From NCBI GenBank assembly GCA_045104985.1, contig JBGCDA010000064.1, forward strand, positions 24,127-88,126: DNA of 64,000 nt, written 5' to 3'. The stretch's first letter is position 1, and each line of letters starts with the position of its first letter. Of the stretch, positions 17,065 through 25,849 are shown one piece after another. Position numbers and translations under genes: made by a program. This DNA is from Flavobacteriales bacterium. Its GTDB lineage: Bacteria > Bacteroidota > Bacteroidia > Flavobacteriales_D > Sanyastnellaceae. The notes beneath the pieces were generated by a model. It saw only the letters and a program-made list of their open reading frames with translations. It made no database searches and was not told the DNA's origin.

Positions 17065-18007
17065 GGAGTTAAGCGTAAGACATTTATTAGGTATCAAGCA
17101 GCTCACGTCTGATGATATAAATCTAATATTTCATCATGCAGAGGAGTTTAAGCGAGTCATTAATCAGCCTATAAAAAAGGTGCCTTCTCTTAGAGATATA
17201 ACCATAGCCAATTTATTCTTTGAAAATTCTACTAGAACAAAATTGAGTTTTGAGCTTGCAGAAAAGAGGTTAAGTGCTGATATTATAAACTTTACTGCGT
17301 CAGGATCTTCTGTAAAAAAAGGAGAAACTCTTATAGATACGGTTAATAACATCCTTTCTATGAAAGTAGATATGTTAGTTATGAGGCATTCATCTCCTGG
17401 AGCTCCACATTTCTTAAAAGAAAATACCAATACGGTGATAGTAAATGCAGGAGATGGTACTCATGAGCATCCTACACAAGGGCTTTTAGATGCATTTTCA
17501 TTGAGAGAAAAGTTAGGCGATTTAAAAGGTAAGAAAATAGCCATAGTAGGAGATGTAAAACACTCAAGAGTAGCTTTATCTAATATCTTTTGTCTACAGA
17601 AGTTAGGCGCAGAAGTTATGGTGTGTGGTCCTGCTACACTCATTCCCAGACACATTTCAGAACTAGGAGTGCATGTAGAGTATGATTTGGTTAAAGCTAT
17701 AGAATGGGCAGATGCTCTAAATATGCTTAGAATACAGTTAGAACGACAAGCCGATTCGAGTAAAGAAGTGCCTAACTTTCCCTCTTTAAGGGAATACAGT
17801 TCACTTTACCAGCTTAACACTGAAGCGTTAATAAAAGCTAAGAAACAACCTATTATACTTCACCCTGGTCCAATAAATAGAGGGGTAGAAATAACCAGTG
17901 AGTTGGCAGATAGCAGTAACTCTGTGATTTTACAGCAAGTAGAAAACGGAGTGGCCATTCGAATGGCTGTGATTTACTTGTTAGCAAGTCATATAAAACG
18001 TAACTAG
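17057..18007 (+). CDS. pyrB: Aspartate carbamoyltransferase catalytic subunit
   Basis: STRTKLSFE, HPTQGLLD and HPGPINRG signatures. Confidence 0.93.
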   Translation: MTKELSVRHLLGIKQLTSDDINLIFHHAEEFKRVINQPIKKVPSLRDITIANLFFENSTRTKLSFELAEKRLSADIINFTASGSSVKKGETLIDTVNNILSMKVDMLVMRHSSPGAPHFLKENTNTVIVNAGDGTHEHPTQGLLDAFSLREKLGDLKGKKIAIVGDVKHSRVALSNIFCLQKLGAEVMVCGPATLIPRHISELGVHVEYDLVKAIEWADALNMLRIQLERQADSSKEVPNFPSLREYSSLYQLNTEALIKAKKQPIILHPGPINRGVEITSELADSSNSVILQQVENGVAIRMAVIYLLASHIKRN

Positions 18008-18024
18008 TACTGAAGAAATTTTGG

Positions 18025-18032
18025 TATCTTTG
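18025..18032 (+). promoter_or_regulatory. -7 box TATCTTTG upstream of the STAS gene
   Basis: Perfect TAnnTTTG 25 nt before the ATG. Confidence 0.4.
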
Positions 18033-18057
18033 TAGAAACCCTTTTTAATACATACAA

Positions 18058-18420
18058 ATGAAATTTGAGATAGAACAAAAAGACAAGGTAACTGTAATCA
18101 AGTCTAAGGTAGAAAAGTTAGATGCTTTGCACGCGCCTGAGCTAAAAGGAGAGTTTGTTCTTCAAAATAAGAATGGTAAAAAGAATTTAGTTCTAGATTT
18201 ATCTGAAACTAGATACTGTGATTCTAGTGGTTTAAGTGCTGTTTTAGTGGCCAATAGATTATGTAGAGAATCTCAAGGTGTGTTTGTATTGTGCGGATTA
18301 CAAGATGCGGTATCAAAATTGATAACTATTTCTCAACTTGATTCAGTATTGAAAATAGTGCCTACTCCAAATGAAGCTGTAGACTTAGTTTACATGGAAG
18401 AGGTAGAGAAAAATTTATAA
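18058..18420 (+). CDS. STAS-domain protein (anti-sigma-factor-antagonist-like)
   Basis: 120 aa with a DSSGLSAVL phosphorylatable-Ser-type motif. Confidence 0.75.
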   Translation: MKFEIEQKDKVTVIKSKVEKLDALHAPELKGEFVLQNKNGKKNLVLDLSETRYCDSSGLSAVLVANRLCRESQGVFVLCGLQDAVSKLITISQLDSVLKIVPTPNEAVDLVYMEEVEKNL

Positions 18421-18421
18421 T

Positions 18422-19216
18422 ATGATTAAAAACTTACTTTTTATACTTTGCTTAACGCTTTCTACTTTCGGTTCCTTAGCTCAATGTGTGGATGATTATG
18501 ACTGGGGAGATGATACCTTTGGTATAAGCCCTGACCCAGAGAACGGTGAATCTTTAATGACAGGAGTTCTTAATGAGCCATATTCTCAGACCATTTATTT
18601 ACTAATTCCTGCTAGTGCTAGTGACGTAGATGCGAGTTTTCCTAGCATTCCTTTAGATTCAGCAGAATTAGTAAGCATTACTATAATGCAAGATGGTAAC
18701 ATGTTTACTCCTGAAGAGTTTGGCTTGAGTTTAACATGTAATAATGGAGGTTCAAGCTCTAATTCGTGTACATTCATTGGAGGTCAATCTGGATGCGGCT
18801 TACTCTCTGGTACTCCGCTATTACCTGGACAATTTACCATTTCAATTAATGCGTTTATATATGCTAGTTTAGCCGGACAGGTTCTGGAATTGCCTTTTGA
18901 CTATGACGGTTATTCCATTACTATCGACCAAGTAGGTAGTACTTTAGAACAAGAAAAAGAAGTCACAGAACTTAGAATAAGTCCTAATCCATTTGCAAGT
19001 AAGGCCCTTTTACAATTTGAATCTTCAAATGCTGGGAATGGACAGTTTACAATCATGAACTTATTAGGAGAAGTGAAATATGACGAAGCGTTCGATGTAA
19101 AGAGAGGTTTTAATAAGCTCCAAATTAATTCAAATGACCTGTCATCTGGAATATATTTGTACCATTTAGAAGTAGGAGGTTTCAATGTGACTAAACGTCT
19201 TGTGGTAAATAAATAA
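18422..19216 (+). CDS. Secreted protein with a T9SS type A C-terminal sorting domain
   Basis: Signal peptide LLFILCLTLSTFGSLAQ. The C-terminus ISPNPF..LQF...G.FTIMNLLG......GIYLYHLE is CTD-like. The start is 1 nt after the STAS stop. Confidence 0.65.
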   Translation: MIKNLLFILCLTLSTFGSLAQCVDDYDWGDDTFGISPDPENGESLMTGVLNEPYSQTIYLLIPASASDVDASFPSIPLDSAELVSITIMQDGNMFTPEEFGLSLTCNNGGSSSNSCTFIGGQSGCGLLSGTPLLPGQFTISINAFIYASLAGQVLELPFDYDGYSITIDQVGSTLEQEKEVTELRISPNPFASKALLQFESSNAGNGQFTIMNLLGEVKYDEAFDVKRGFNKLQINSNDLSSGIYLYHLEVGGFNVTKRLVVNK

Positions 19217-19232
19217 TCCTTAAAATAATTTT

Positions 19233-19263
19233 AAAAAGCCTGGTAGATTCCAGGCTTTTTTTG
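19233..19263 (+). terminator. Intrinsic terminator after the T9SS cargo gene
   Basis: AGCCTGG-TAGATT-CCAGGCT followed by T7, with an A-run upstream. Confidence 0.8.
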
Positions 19264-19267
19264 TTTT

Positions 19268-20182
19268 ATGAAATTTGAAGTGAACATATTAGGCTGTGCA
19301 GCAGCTACACCTACGCTGAATCGAAATCCTACAGCTCAGCTCATCAATGTTCATGATAAGCTTGTTCTAATAGATTGTAGTGAGGGTACTCAACTTCAGC
19401 TGAGAAGATTCAAGTTTCGATTTCAAAAAATTGGACATATTTTCATTAGTCATTTACATGGAGATCATTATCTAGGTCTTTTTGGATTAATAAGTTCCAT
19501 GCATCTTTTAGGAAGAACTAAAGACCTTCATATTTACGGGCCACCTGGGCTTCACGATCTAATTGATAGACATATAAAGGCCAGTCAGACTTTTTTAAAT
19601 TACACCTATATTTTTCACGCGATTGATTCAGATCGAGTAGCGCCTCTCTATGAAGACAATACTTTTACAATACACTCTTTTCCATTAAAGCATAGAATTC
19701 CTACTACTGGTTTTATTATAAAAGAAAAGCCTAAGAAGAACAGGATCATAAAGGAAATGATTAGAGAGTATGGACTAGGGATAGAAGAAATTCTGAATTT
19801 AAAAAAGGGAATGGACCTAAAGAGGGAGAATGGAGATATTATTCTATCTTCTCAATGCACCAAGCCTCCGCTTCCTCCCAGAAAGTACGTGTATATGAGC
19901 GATACTGCTCCTCTAGCGGAACTTCCTGAAGAGGTGTTAGGAATGGACTTGTTGTACCATGAAAGCACATTCTTAGAAGAGAACAAGGAGAGAGCTAAAA
20001 AGACCTATCATTCTACAGCTAAACAAGCGGCTAATATCGCTCTTAAGGCAAAGGCTTCAAAGCTTTGTCTTGGTCATTACTCGAACAGATATACAGATAT
20101 ATCGTTATTTGAAAAAGAGGCTCGAGAGGTATTTCCAGAGGTGGTTTTAGCCCGAGATGGCTTGAGCATAAGAATTGAATAA
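19268..20182 (+). CDS. rnz: Ribonuclease Z
   Basis: Metallo-beta-lactamase motif SHLHGDHYLGL; 304 aa. Confidence 0.88.
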   Translation: MKFEVNILGCAAATPTLNRNPTAQLINVHDKLVLIDCSEGTQLQLRRFKFRFQKIGHIFISHLHGDHYLGLFGLISSMHLLGRTKDLHIYGPPGLHDLIDRHIKASQTFLNYTYIFHAIDSDRVAPLYEDNTFTIHSFPLKHRIPTTGFIIKEKPKKNRIIKEMIREYGLGIEEILNLKKGMDLKRENGDIILSSQCTKPPLPPRKYVYMSDTAPLAELPEEVLGMDLLYHESTFLEENKERAKKTYHSTAKQAANIALKAKASKLCLGHYSNRYTDISLFEKEAREVFPEVVLARDGLSIRIE

Positions 20183-20221
20183 GTTGTTCAGAATCGTTAT
20201 CTGATAATCGGGTTGTAAGCT

Positions 20222-20229
20222 TATTTTTG
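20222..20229 (+). promoter_or_regulatory. -7 box TATTTTTG upstream of the LuxR-type regulator
   Basis: Perfect TAnnTTTG 22 nt before the ATG. Confidence 0.4.
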
Positions 20230-20251
20230 TTATTTAGAATCATTATAAGTA

Positions 20252-20920
20252 ATGAAATTAGTTATAGCAGATAGCAGCGAGTTGATATTAGAAGGGTTAA
20301 AAAAAATATTTGAAGAATCAGATATTGAAATTACTCTCATCGCTAGAGACAGTTCGGAACTAATGGAAAGTCAAAGTTTGCAGGATTGTGATGTTTTACT
20401 GATTGATTTTGTATCCAATGGTTTTTCAATAGATAGTATAGCTCATGCTCAAAAAATAATGAAGAGCCCAAATATTCTAGCCATTACTAATGAGCAAACT
20501 GCACTTATTATTACATCAGCTTTAAAGGCCGGAGTAAAGTCTTATGTAAAGAAGTGCTGCAGTTTACAAGAGATTAGAGATGCAGTTTCCTCCACATCTA
20601 AAGGCGAAGCTTTCTTTTGCGGGCAGATAGTAGAAACTATTCAAGCGGAGAGTATAGATGTTCAGGATTTTAACCCCGATCATTTCAGCTGTGAGCCTAT
20701 CAAGTTATCTGTTCGAGAAATTGAAGTGATTAAGCTCATCTCAGAAGGGTATACAAATTCTCAAATAGCTGATAAATTATATCTTTCTTCTCACACTATA
20801 AATACGCATAGAAAGAATATCATGGCCAAGTTAGGTGTTAATAATACTGCCGCCATAGTTATGTATGCTGTTAAGTCTAAAATAATTAGCCCTAACAGAT
20901 TCTTGTTTAATGCGACATAG
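20252..20920 (+). CDS. LuxR/NarL-family response regulator (orphan; the N-terminal acidic pair is replaced by D-S)
   Basis: Receiver-like N half (VLLIDF acceptor Asp context) and a C-terminal LuxR HTH (LSVREIEVIKLISEGYTNSQIADKLYLSSHTINTHRKNIMAKL). Confidence 0.8.
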   Translation: MKLVIADSSELILEGLKKIFEESDIEITLIARDSSELMESQSLQDCDVLLIDFVSNGFSIDSIAHAQKIMKSPNILAITNEQTALIITSALKAGVKSYVKKCCSLQEIRDAVSSTSKGEAFFCGQIVETIQAESIDVQDFNPDHFSCEPIKLSVREIEVIKLISEGYTNSQIADKLYLSSHTINTHRKNIMAKLGVNNTAAIVMYAVKSKIISPNRFLFNAT

Positions 20921-20993
20921 CAAATGCCTTAATAGGACGTTGTAAGTTGTGTCCATGATACACTAAGCTATTGTGTGAACCCTTTAAATTGCT

Positions 20994-21001
20994 TACTTTT
21001 G
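20994..21001 (+). promoter_or_regulatory. -7 box TACTTTTG upstream of ilvE
   Basis: Perfect TAnnTTTG 60 nt before the ATG. It shares the 11-mer TACTTTTGCAC with the rpsA box. Confidence 0.45.
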
Positions 21002-21061
21002 CACGGCTTTTTTACATGAGTAAATTCAGTAAAAATTAGTATTCTCATTAAAATTATCTCT

Positions 21062-22135
21062 ATGCAAGAAGACCTTTTATCATCAATAAATATCCAGAAA
21101 GTAGCTAAGTCTAGAATAAAAGACCTTGATTTCGAAAACATCCAGTTCGGAAAGGTGTTCACAGACCACATGTTTATCATGGATTATAAGGATGGTAAAT
21201 GGCACACACCTGTAATTAAGGCTTTCGAACCGTTAATTATGCATCCTGCTACTTCAGTTCTGCACTACGGGCAGTCTATTTTTGAAGGAATGAAGGCCTA
21301 CAGAAATGAAAGAGGGGAGGTGTTTCTTTTTAGACCAGAGAAGAATGTTAAAAGACTTAATGTGAGTGCAGAAAGAATGTGTATGCCGCATGTTCCTGAA
21401 GACGTTATGTTTAATGGTCTTTCTGAACTAGTGAAATTAGACCAAGAATGGATCCCTGTTAACAGAGGGAGTTCACTTTACATCAGGCCGCTTTTATTCG
21501 CTACGGATGAATACATTGGTGTAAAGCCTAGTCAAACTTACAGGCTTATGATATTTCTAGCTCCAGTAAATCAGTATTATAAAGGAGCAGTTAAGGTTAA
21601 AATAGAAGAGCACTTTTCCAGAGCAGTAAAAGGCGGAACTGGTTATGCTAAAGCCGCAGGAAATTATGCAGCATCCCTTTATCCAGCTAAACAAGCACAA
21701 AAGGAAGGGTTCGATCAATTGATCTGGACAGATGCTATAGAACATAAGTACATTGAAGAAAGTGGTACCATGAATATCATATTCAGAACAGGAAATAAGA
21801 TTATTTCTCCTTCAGTCGGTGATAGTATTTTAAGTGGTGTAACTAGAGATTCTATACTAAGATTAGCGGAAAGTTGGGGTTATGAAGTAGAAGAAAGAAA
21901 AGTAGAGGTGCAGGAAATAGTAGATTTACTTAGAAAAGGAGAGTTAAACGAAGTTTTCGGTGCAGGAACTGCAGCTACTATAGCCAGAATTAAAGCTATA
22001 GGGTTTAGAGACGAAGTCTTCGAACTTTCTAATGTAGATGATTGGGAATTTGCTAATAAGGCTAACGAGGAACTTATAGCGCTCAGAAGAGGAGAGAAGG
22101 AAGATACTATGGGCTGGACTCATAGACTTGTATAG
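21062..22135 (+). CDS. ilvE: Branched-chain-amino-acid aminotransferase
   Basis: Class IV aminotransferase pattern (FEGMKAY, YIRP, GG.G.AK..GNYA, EE.GTMN). Confidence 0.9.
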   Translation: MQEDLLSSINIQKVAKSRIKDLDFENIQFGKVFTDHMFIMDYKDGKWHTPVIKAFEPLIMHPATSVLHYGQSIFEGMKAYRNERGEVFLFRPEKNVKRLNVSAERMCMPHVPEDVMFNGLSELVKLDQEWIPVNRGSSLYIRPLLFATDEYIGVKPSQTYRLMIFLAPVNQYYKGAVKVKIEEHFSRAVKGGTGYAKAAGNYAASLYPAKQAQKEGFDQLIWTDAIEHKYIEESGTMNIIFRTGNKIISPSVGDSILSGVTRDSILRLAESWGYEVEERKVEVQEIVDLLRKGELNEVFGAGTAATIARIKAIGFRDEVFELSNVDDWEFANKANEELIALRRGEKEDTMGWTHRLV

Positions 22136-22204
22136 GTTCTCGGGTCAATTAATAGTTTTTCTACCACCTTTTATGGAAAATGAATTAAATTTCATCTAAT
22201 AAGT

Positions 22205-23551
22205 ATGAGATTCATTTTTTGCATAGCGTTTATCCTGTTGAGTTCATTGACTGAGGTGTCTGGTCAAATATCTTGTTCAATTTTAATTCTTGATGAAATT
22301 ACTCAAAAGCCTGTGGCTGATGTAAATATTTCTTCTGAAAATGGTTATTACCTGGGTAAAACAAACGTTGAAGGAGAGTTTCTGATTAAATCTATTGCAA
22401 CGCAAATCCTCACCCTAGAGCATGTTTCTTATACTGCTGAACAACTAACGGTAAAAGCAAACTCCAAAAGTTTAACTGCAGAGCTTACTCCTAAAACAGA
22501 ACTTTTAGATGGAGTAGTCATATCCGCAAAAGAGCCTGAGGTGGTGTATAAAGATGAAGTCTATCATGCTTCTGATTATGAATTCTTAGATAAGAATAAC
22601 CTCTTAATTCTTACTTATGAGAAAAAGAGAATGTTTAAGCGTGAGTCACAGGCTGATTTGGAGATTTTAGAGCGTTGCAAATTGGTATGCTTAGATGATA
22701 ATTTAGAAGTTAAAACCGAATCGAGACTAATTCCTGAAGCTCTAGAAATTCGTAAAGATGCTTACAATCAGTGTTTTTTGAAGTCTACTAAGAGCATCTT
22801 TTTTATAATGATTACAGATCAAGGTATAGTCTTAGATGAAATGCCTGACGACTTTTCGCTTAATAAGAATCAGGATTTGGTGTTAAATGAGTCTGAAGGA
22901 ATTCAGCTAGTGTCAGATTATGAAGAATCTTATCCTGAATTTAATTACTACATAATTAAGCAGGGCGAAGAATTAGAAAAAGTATGTACTATTAATGATG
23001 AAAAATTGATGCATTTATTTAGAGCACAATACAGAAATTTTCAGCCGAGAGAAAAATTGGAAGCCTATAGAATGGAGCTAAAGACAGGAATAGATAAAGA
23101 AGTTATTTCTGGTTACATGTCTGGATTTCATAAGTCTATGTATTTTAAAGCGATATATGCACCTGCGTTTCATACCAATTCTGGCTTTGTGATTTTCAAT
23201 CATATTACTGATAAAGCTATTAACTACAATCAGACAGGAAATGTCTTAGATAGCACCGGAATATCCTATCATTTAAAACCAAGAAAAAGTGGCTGGGCTA
23301 ATCACCTTATCCAGGATAAAGTAACCGGGGATATTTACACTTATTTTCAGGTGAATGGTAATACCTCTTTACATAGAATAAATCTAGACACAGGTGAACT
23401 AGAAGAAAGCATTAAACTGAGTTACAGATACCCTGATCAAATAGGGGTGTTAAACGGAGAGGTTTACTACCTCTACAGGCCTTTCGGTTCTAGTCAGAAG
23501 ATGTATGTCTACAAAGAAGGAAGCCCCATAGAAGATTTCCTAGCTAACTAG
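22205..23551 (+). CDS. Hypothetical secreted protein with a CarboxypepD_reg-like N-terminal domain
   Basis: Signal peptide, then ILDEITQKPVADVNISSENGYYLGKTNVEGEF. The remaining 350 aa have no motif I recognise. Confidence 0.55.
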   Translation: MRFIFCIAFILLSSLTEVSGQISCSILILDEITQKPVADVNISSENGYYLGKTNVEGEFLIKSIATQILTLEHVSYTAEQLTVKANSKSLTAELTPKTELLDGVVISAKEPEVVYKDEVYHASDYEFLDKNNLLILTYEKKRMFKRESQADLEILERCKLVCLDDNLEVKTESRLIPEALEIRKDAYNQCFLKSTKSIFFIMITDQGIVLDEMPDDFSLNKNQDLVLNESEGIQLVSDYEESYPEFNYYIIKQGEELEKVCTINDEKLMHLFRAQYRNFQPREKLEAYRMELKTGIDKEVISGYMSGFHKSMYFKAIYAPAFHTNSGFVIFNHITDKAINYNQTGNVLDSTGISYHLKPRKSGWANHLIQDKVTGDIYTYFQVNGNTSLHRINLDTGELEESIKLSYRYPDQIGVLNGEVYYLYRPFGSSQKMYVYKEGSPIEDFLAN

Positions 23552-23581
23552 CTCGCTTTTACTGCTTCTGAGAAACTGTTC

Positions 23582-24295
23582 TTATCGTTCTGAAGATAAT
23601 GTTCTAATAAACATACGCTTAGCTACTGGAAGAAGGGTAGCTTCTTTAGGAAGTGTGAGTCTGCTAGAAATGATATATGTAGCAGGGTTAGGTAGGTTTT
23701 TGAACTCTTTGATTAACCTGCTTTTTATCGAATAATAGGTATTTGATAAAGATCTGGTGGTGTTTTTTAGAAACTCTGTCTGCAGCACTCTTCCTAGTTT
23801 TCCTTGCTCTAAAAAAGACACCTTATAGGTGTAAATATCTGTAGTAGGATCGCTATCGTTCTGTATAAATAGGTAGCCTTCGTCTTTATAAATGGGAATA
23901 ATGCCTAGGGGTTCTATCTCAATATACTGTTCTACAGTATCGTATATTTCTTTTCCTTCTTGTACTTTTTGTTCGATTTTAGGTAAGGAAAAATCTATAA
24001 TTTCATACATCACAGAAAGCAGTTCAGGATCATGTATGTTAGGAGTGAAGGAAAGCGAGAGACTTTCAGGGTTAATGCCTTTAAGAGTTTTAGGAAATGC
24101 ATTTGAGAGCTCATCACATTTTTCTTTAAACTCCTTCATAGAGGTCATGTTTTGTGCTAAATTCTGCAATGCAGGAAAAATTTTGGACTGTTTATACTCT
24201 TTCTCTACCTCCAGTAAATAAGCCAGCAAAATGTATCTCTTATACTCTACATCTAATAAACCTTCAGAGAACCAGTACGGATTTAGTGTTTTCAT
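23582..24295 (-). CDS. Hypothetical protein (237 aa)
   Basis: Uninterrupted ORF with normal composition; antisense ORF 23892-24221 ignored. Confidence 0.55.
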   Translation of the reverse strand: MKTLNPYWFSEGLLDVEYKRYILLAYLLEVEKEYKQSKIFPALQNLAQNMTSMKEFKEKCDELSNAFPKTLKGINPESLSLSFTPNIHDPELLSVMYEIIDFSLPKIEQKVQEGKEIYDTVEQYIEIEPLGIIPIYKDEGYLFIQNDSDPTTDIYTYKVSFLEQGKLGRVLQTEFLKNTTRSLSNTYYSIKSRLIKEFKNLPNPATYIISSRLTLPKEATLLPVAKRMFIRTLSSER

Positions 24296-24392
24296 GAGTT
24301 CTGATTTATTATGTTAACGAAAGAATACTAGAACAAGTTATACAATGTGCGGCACATCTCTTAAAAAGTGAACTATTTTTGTAGAGTTAAGT

Positions 24393-24959
24393 TTGGTTAA
24401 ACAGATGGGATTGGCAGCAGTTTTAAAACATAAAATCAGTGGATTATTTCCTGCTAAGGTGAGGGAAGTAGAAAGGGTTAAGAAAGGATGTAATCTAAAT
24501 AATGGTATAAGTATAGCCCTGATTTTTGTAGATAGAGATGAGAAATACCTCAATGCTAAGAAGAAGTATCTTCAGAGTTTAAAAGGAGATCATGGAGTGA
24601 GAGAGGCGGTAATTTTAACTTATGTAGATGAGTTCGAAAAAGATGTTCCTTCTCATTTGAGTAAGCTGAAAGAACTAGATTATTTCACAAGAGAAGACCT
24701 AAATTGGCGTCAAAAGCCGATATCAGTTCTGGATTCTTTTTGTAAAAAGAGGTATGATATTTTATTAGACTTAACTGTTGAAGAATGCGCACCACTAAGC
24801 CATGTTATGGCCAATTCTTTGGCAGGCTTGAAGGTGTGTAGGAAAGGTAGTCAAAATCAAGAGTTTGCAGATATAATAGTAGACATAGAAGAACAAAATA
24901 GCGAACAAGATTTTCTCCTCCAAACAAAACAAATGCTATCAAAATTAAGTTTTAATTGA
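24393..24959 (+). CDS. Hypothetical protein (TTG start in the track; ATG at 24405 also possible)
   Basis: ORF ends 1 nt before the dapA start, suggesting co-transcription. Confidence 0.5.
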   Translation: MVKQMGLAAVLKHKISGLFPAKVREVERVKKGCNLNNGISIALIFVDRDEKYLNAKKKYLQSLKGDHGVREAVILTYVDEFEKDVPSHLSKLKELDYFTREDLNWRQKPISVLDSFCKKRYDILLDLTVEECAPLSHVMANSLAGLKVCRKGSQNQEFADIIVDIEEQNSEQDFLLQTKQMLSKLSFN

Positions 24960-24960
24960 T

Positions 24961-25845
24961 ATGAATATACAGGGTTTAGGCGTTGCAATGATTACTCCAC
25001 TCACCAAAGAAGGAGAAATAGATTTCCAGGCACTTAAAGAAATCACAGAAAGACAGATTAGTGGTGGTGTAGATTTTTTAGTGGTTATGGGCACTACTGG
25101 TGAATCAGTTACTTTAGAGCTTTCAGAGAAGAGAAAAGTGTTAGATACCGTGCTTAGCGTTAACTCTAAAAGAATTCCTATCATTTATGGTTTAGGAGGA
25201 AATAACACTAAGGCTGTGGTTAGTGAATTAAAAACCTTTAACCTAGAAGGTGTTAGTGCCATACTTTCTGTAAGTCCTAGTTATAATAAGCCGACTCAAG
25301 AAGGAATTTTTCAGCATTTTAAGCATATTTCTGAAGCGTCTCCTGTGCCGGTCATGGTGTATAACGTGCCAGGGAGAACGGCATCTAATGTCACTGCTGA
25401 AACGTGCTTGAGAATAGCTCACGAATTACCTAATGTATTCAGTGTAAAAGAGGCTAGTGGAGATTTAGATCAAATAAAGAGTATTATAACTCACGCTCCA
25501 GAAGGTTTTCTCATTTTTGCAGGAGATGATGGATTAGCCATTCCTGTTATAAAAGCAGGTGGAGCAGGTGTTATTTCTGTAGTAGGAAATGCGCTGCCTA
25601 AGATGTTTTCAGAATTGGTTACAAGTGCCATGAATGACGAGTGGATTAAAGCTAAAGAGCTGGATCAGTTATTCCAACCACTCATTCCACTACTCTTCAA
25701 AGAAGGAAACCCAGCCGGCATTAAGGCCATTATGGAAATTAATGGTGAGTGTACTTCTGTGGTCAGGTTACCGTTAATGGAAGCGTCTAGTAGGTTAAAA
25801 GAGGAGTTAAAATTACAACTACAGTCTTTTCAGACTGTAGTTTAA
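24961..25845 (+). CDS. dapA: 4-hydroxy-tetrahydrodipicolinate synthase
   Basis: GTTGES motif, active-site Lys context VKEASG, 294 aa. Confidence 0.93.
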   Translation: MNIQGLGVAMITPLTKEGEIDFQALKEITERQISGGVDFLVVMGTTGESVTLELSEKRKVLDTVLSVNSKRIPIIYGLGGNNTKAVVSELKTFNLEGVSAILSVSPSYNKPTQEGIFQHFKHISEASPVPVMVYNVPGRTASNVTAETCLRIAHELPNVFSVKEASGDLDQIKSIITHAPEGFLIFAGDDGLAIPVIKAGGAGVISVVGNALPKMFSELVTSAMNDEWIKAKELDQLFQPLIPLLFKEGNPAGIKAIMEINGECTSVVRLPLMEASSRLKEELKLQLQSFQTVV

Positions 25846-25849
25846 CTAG

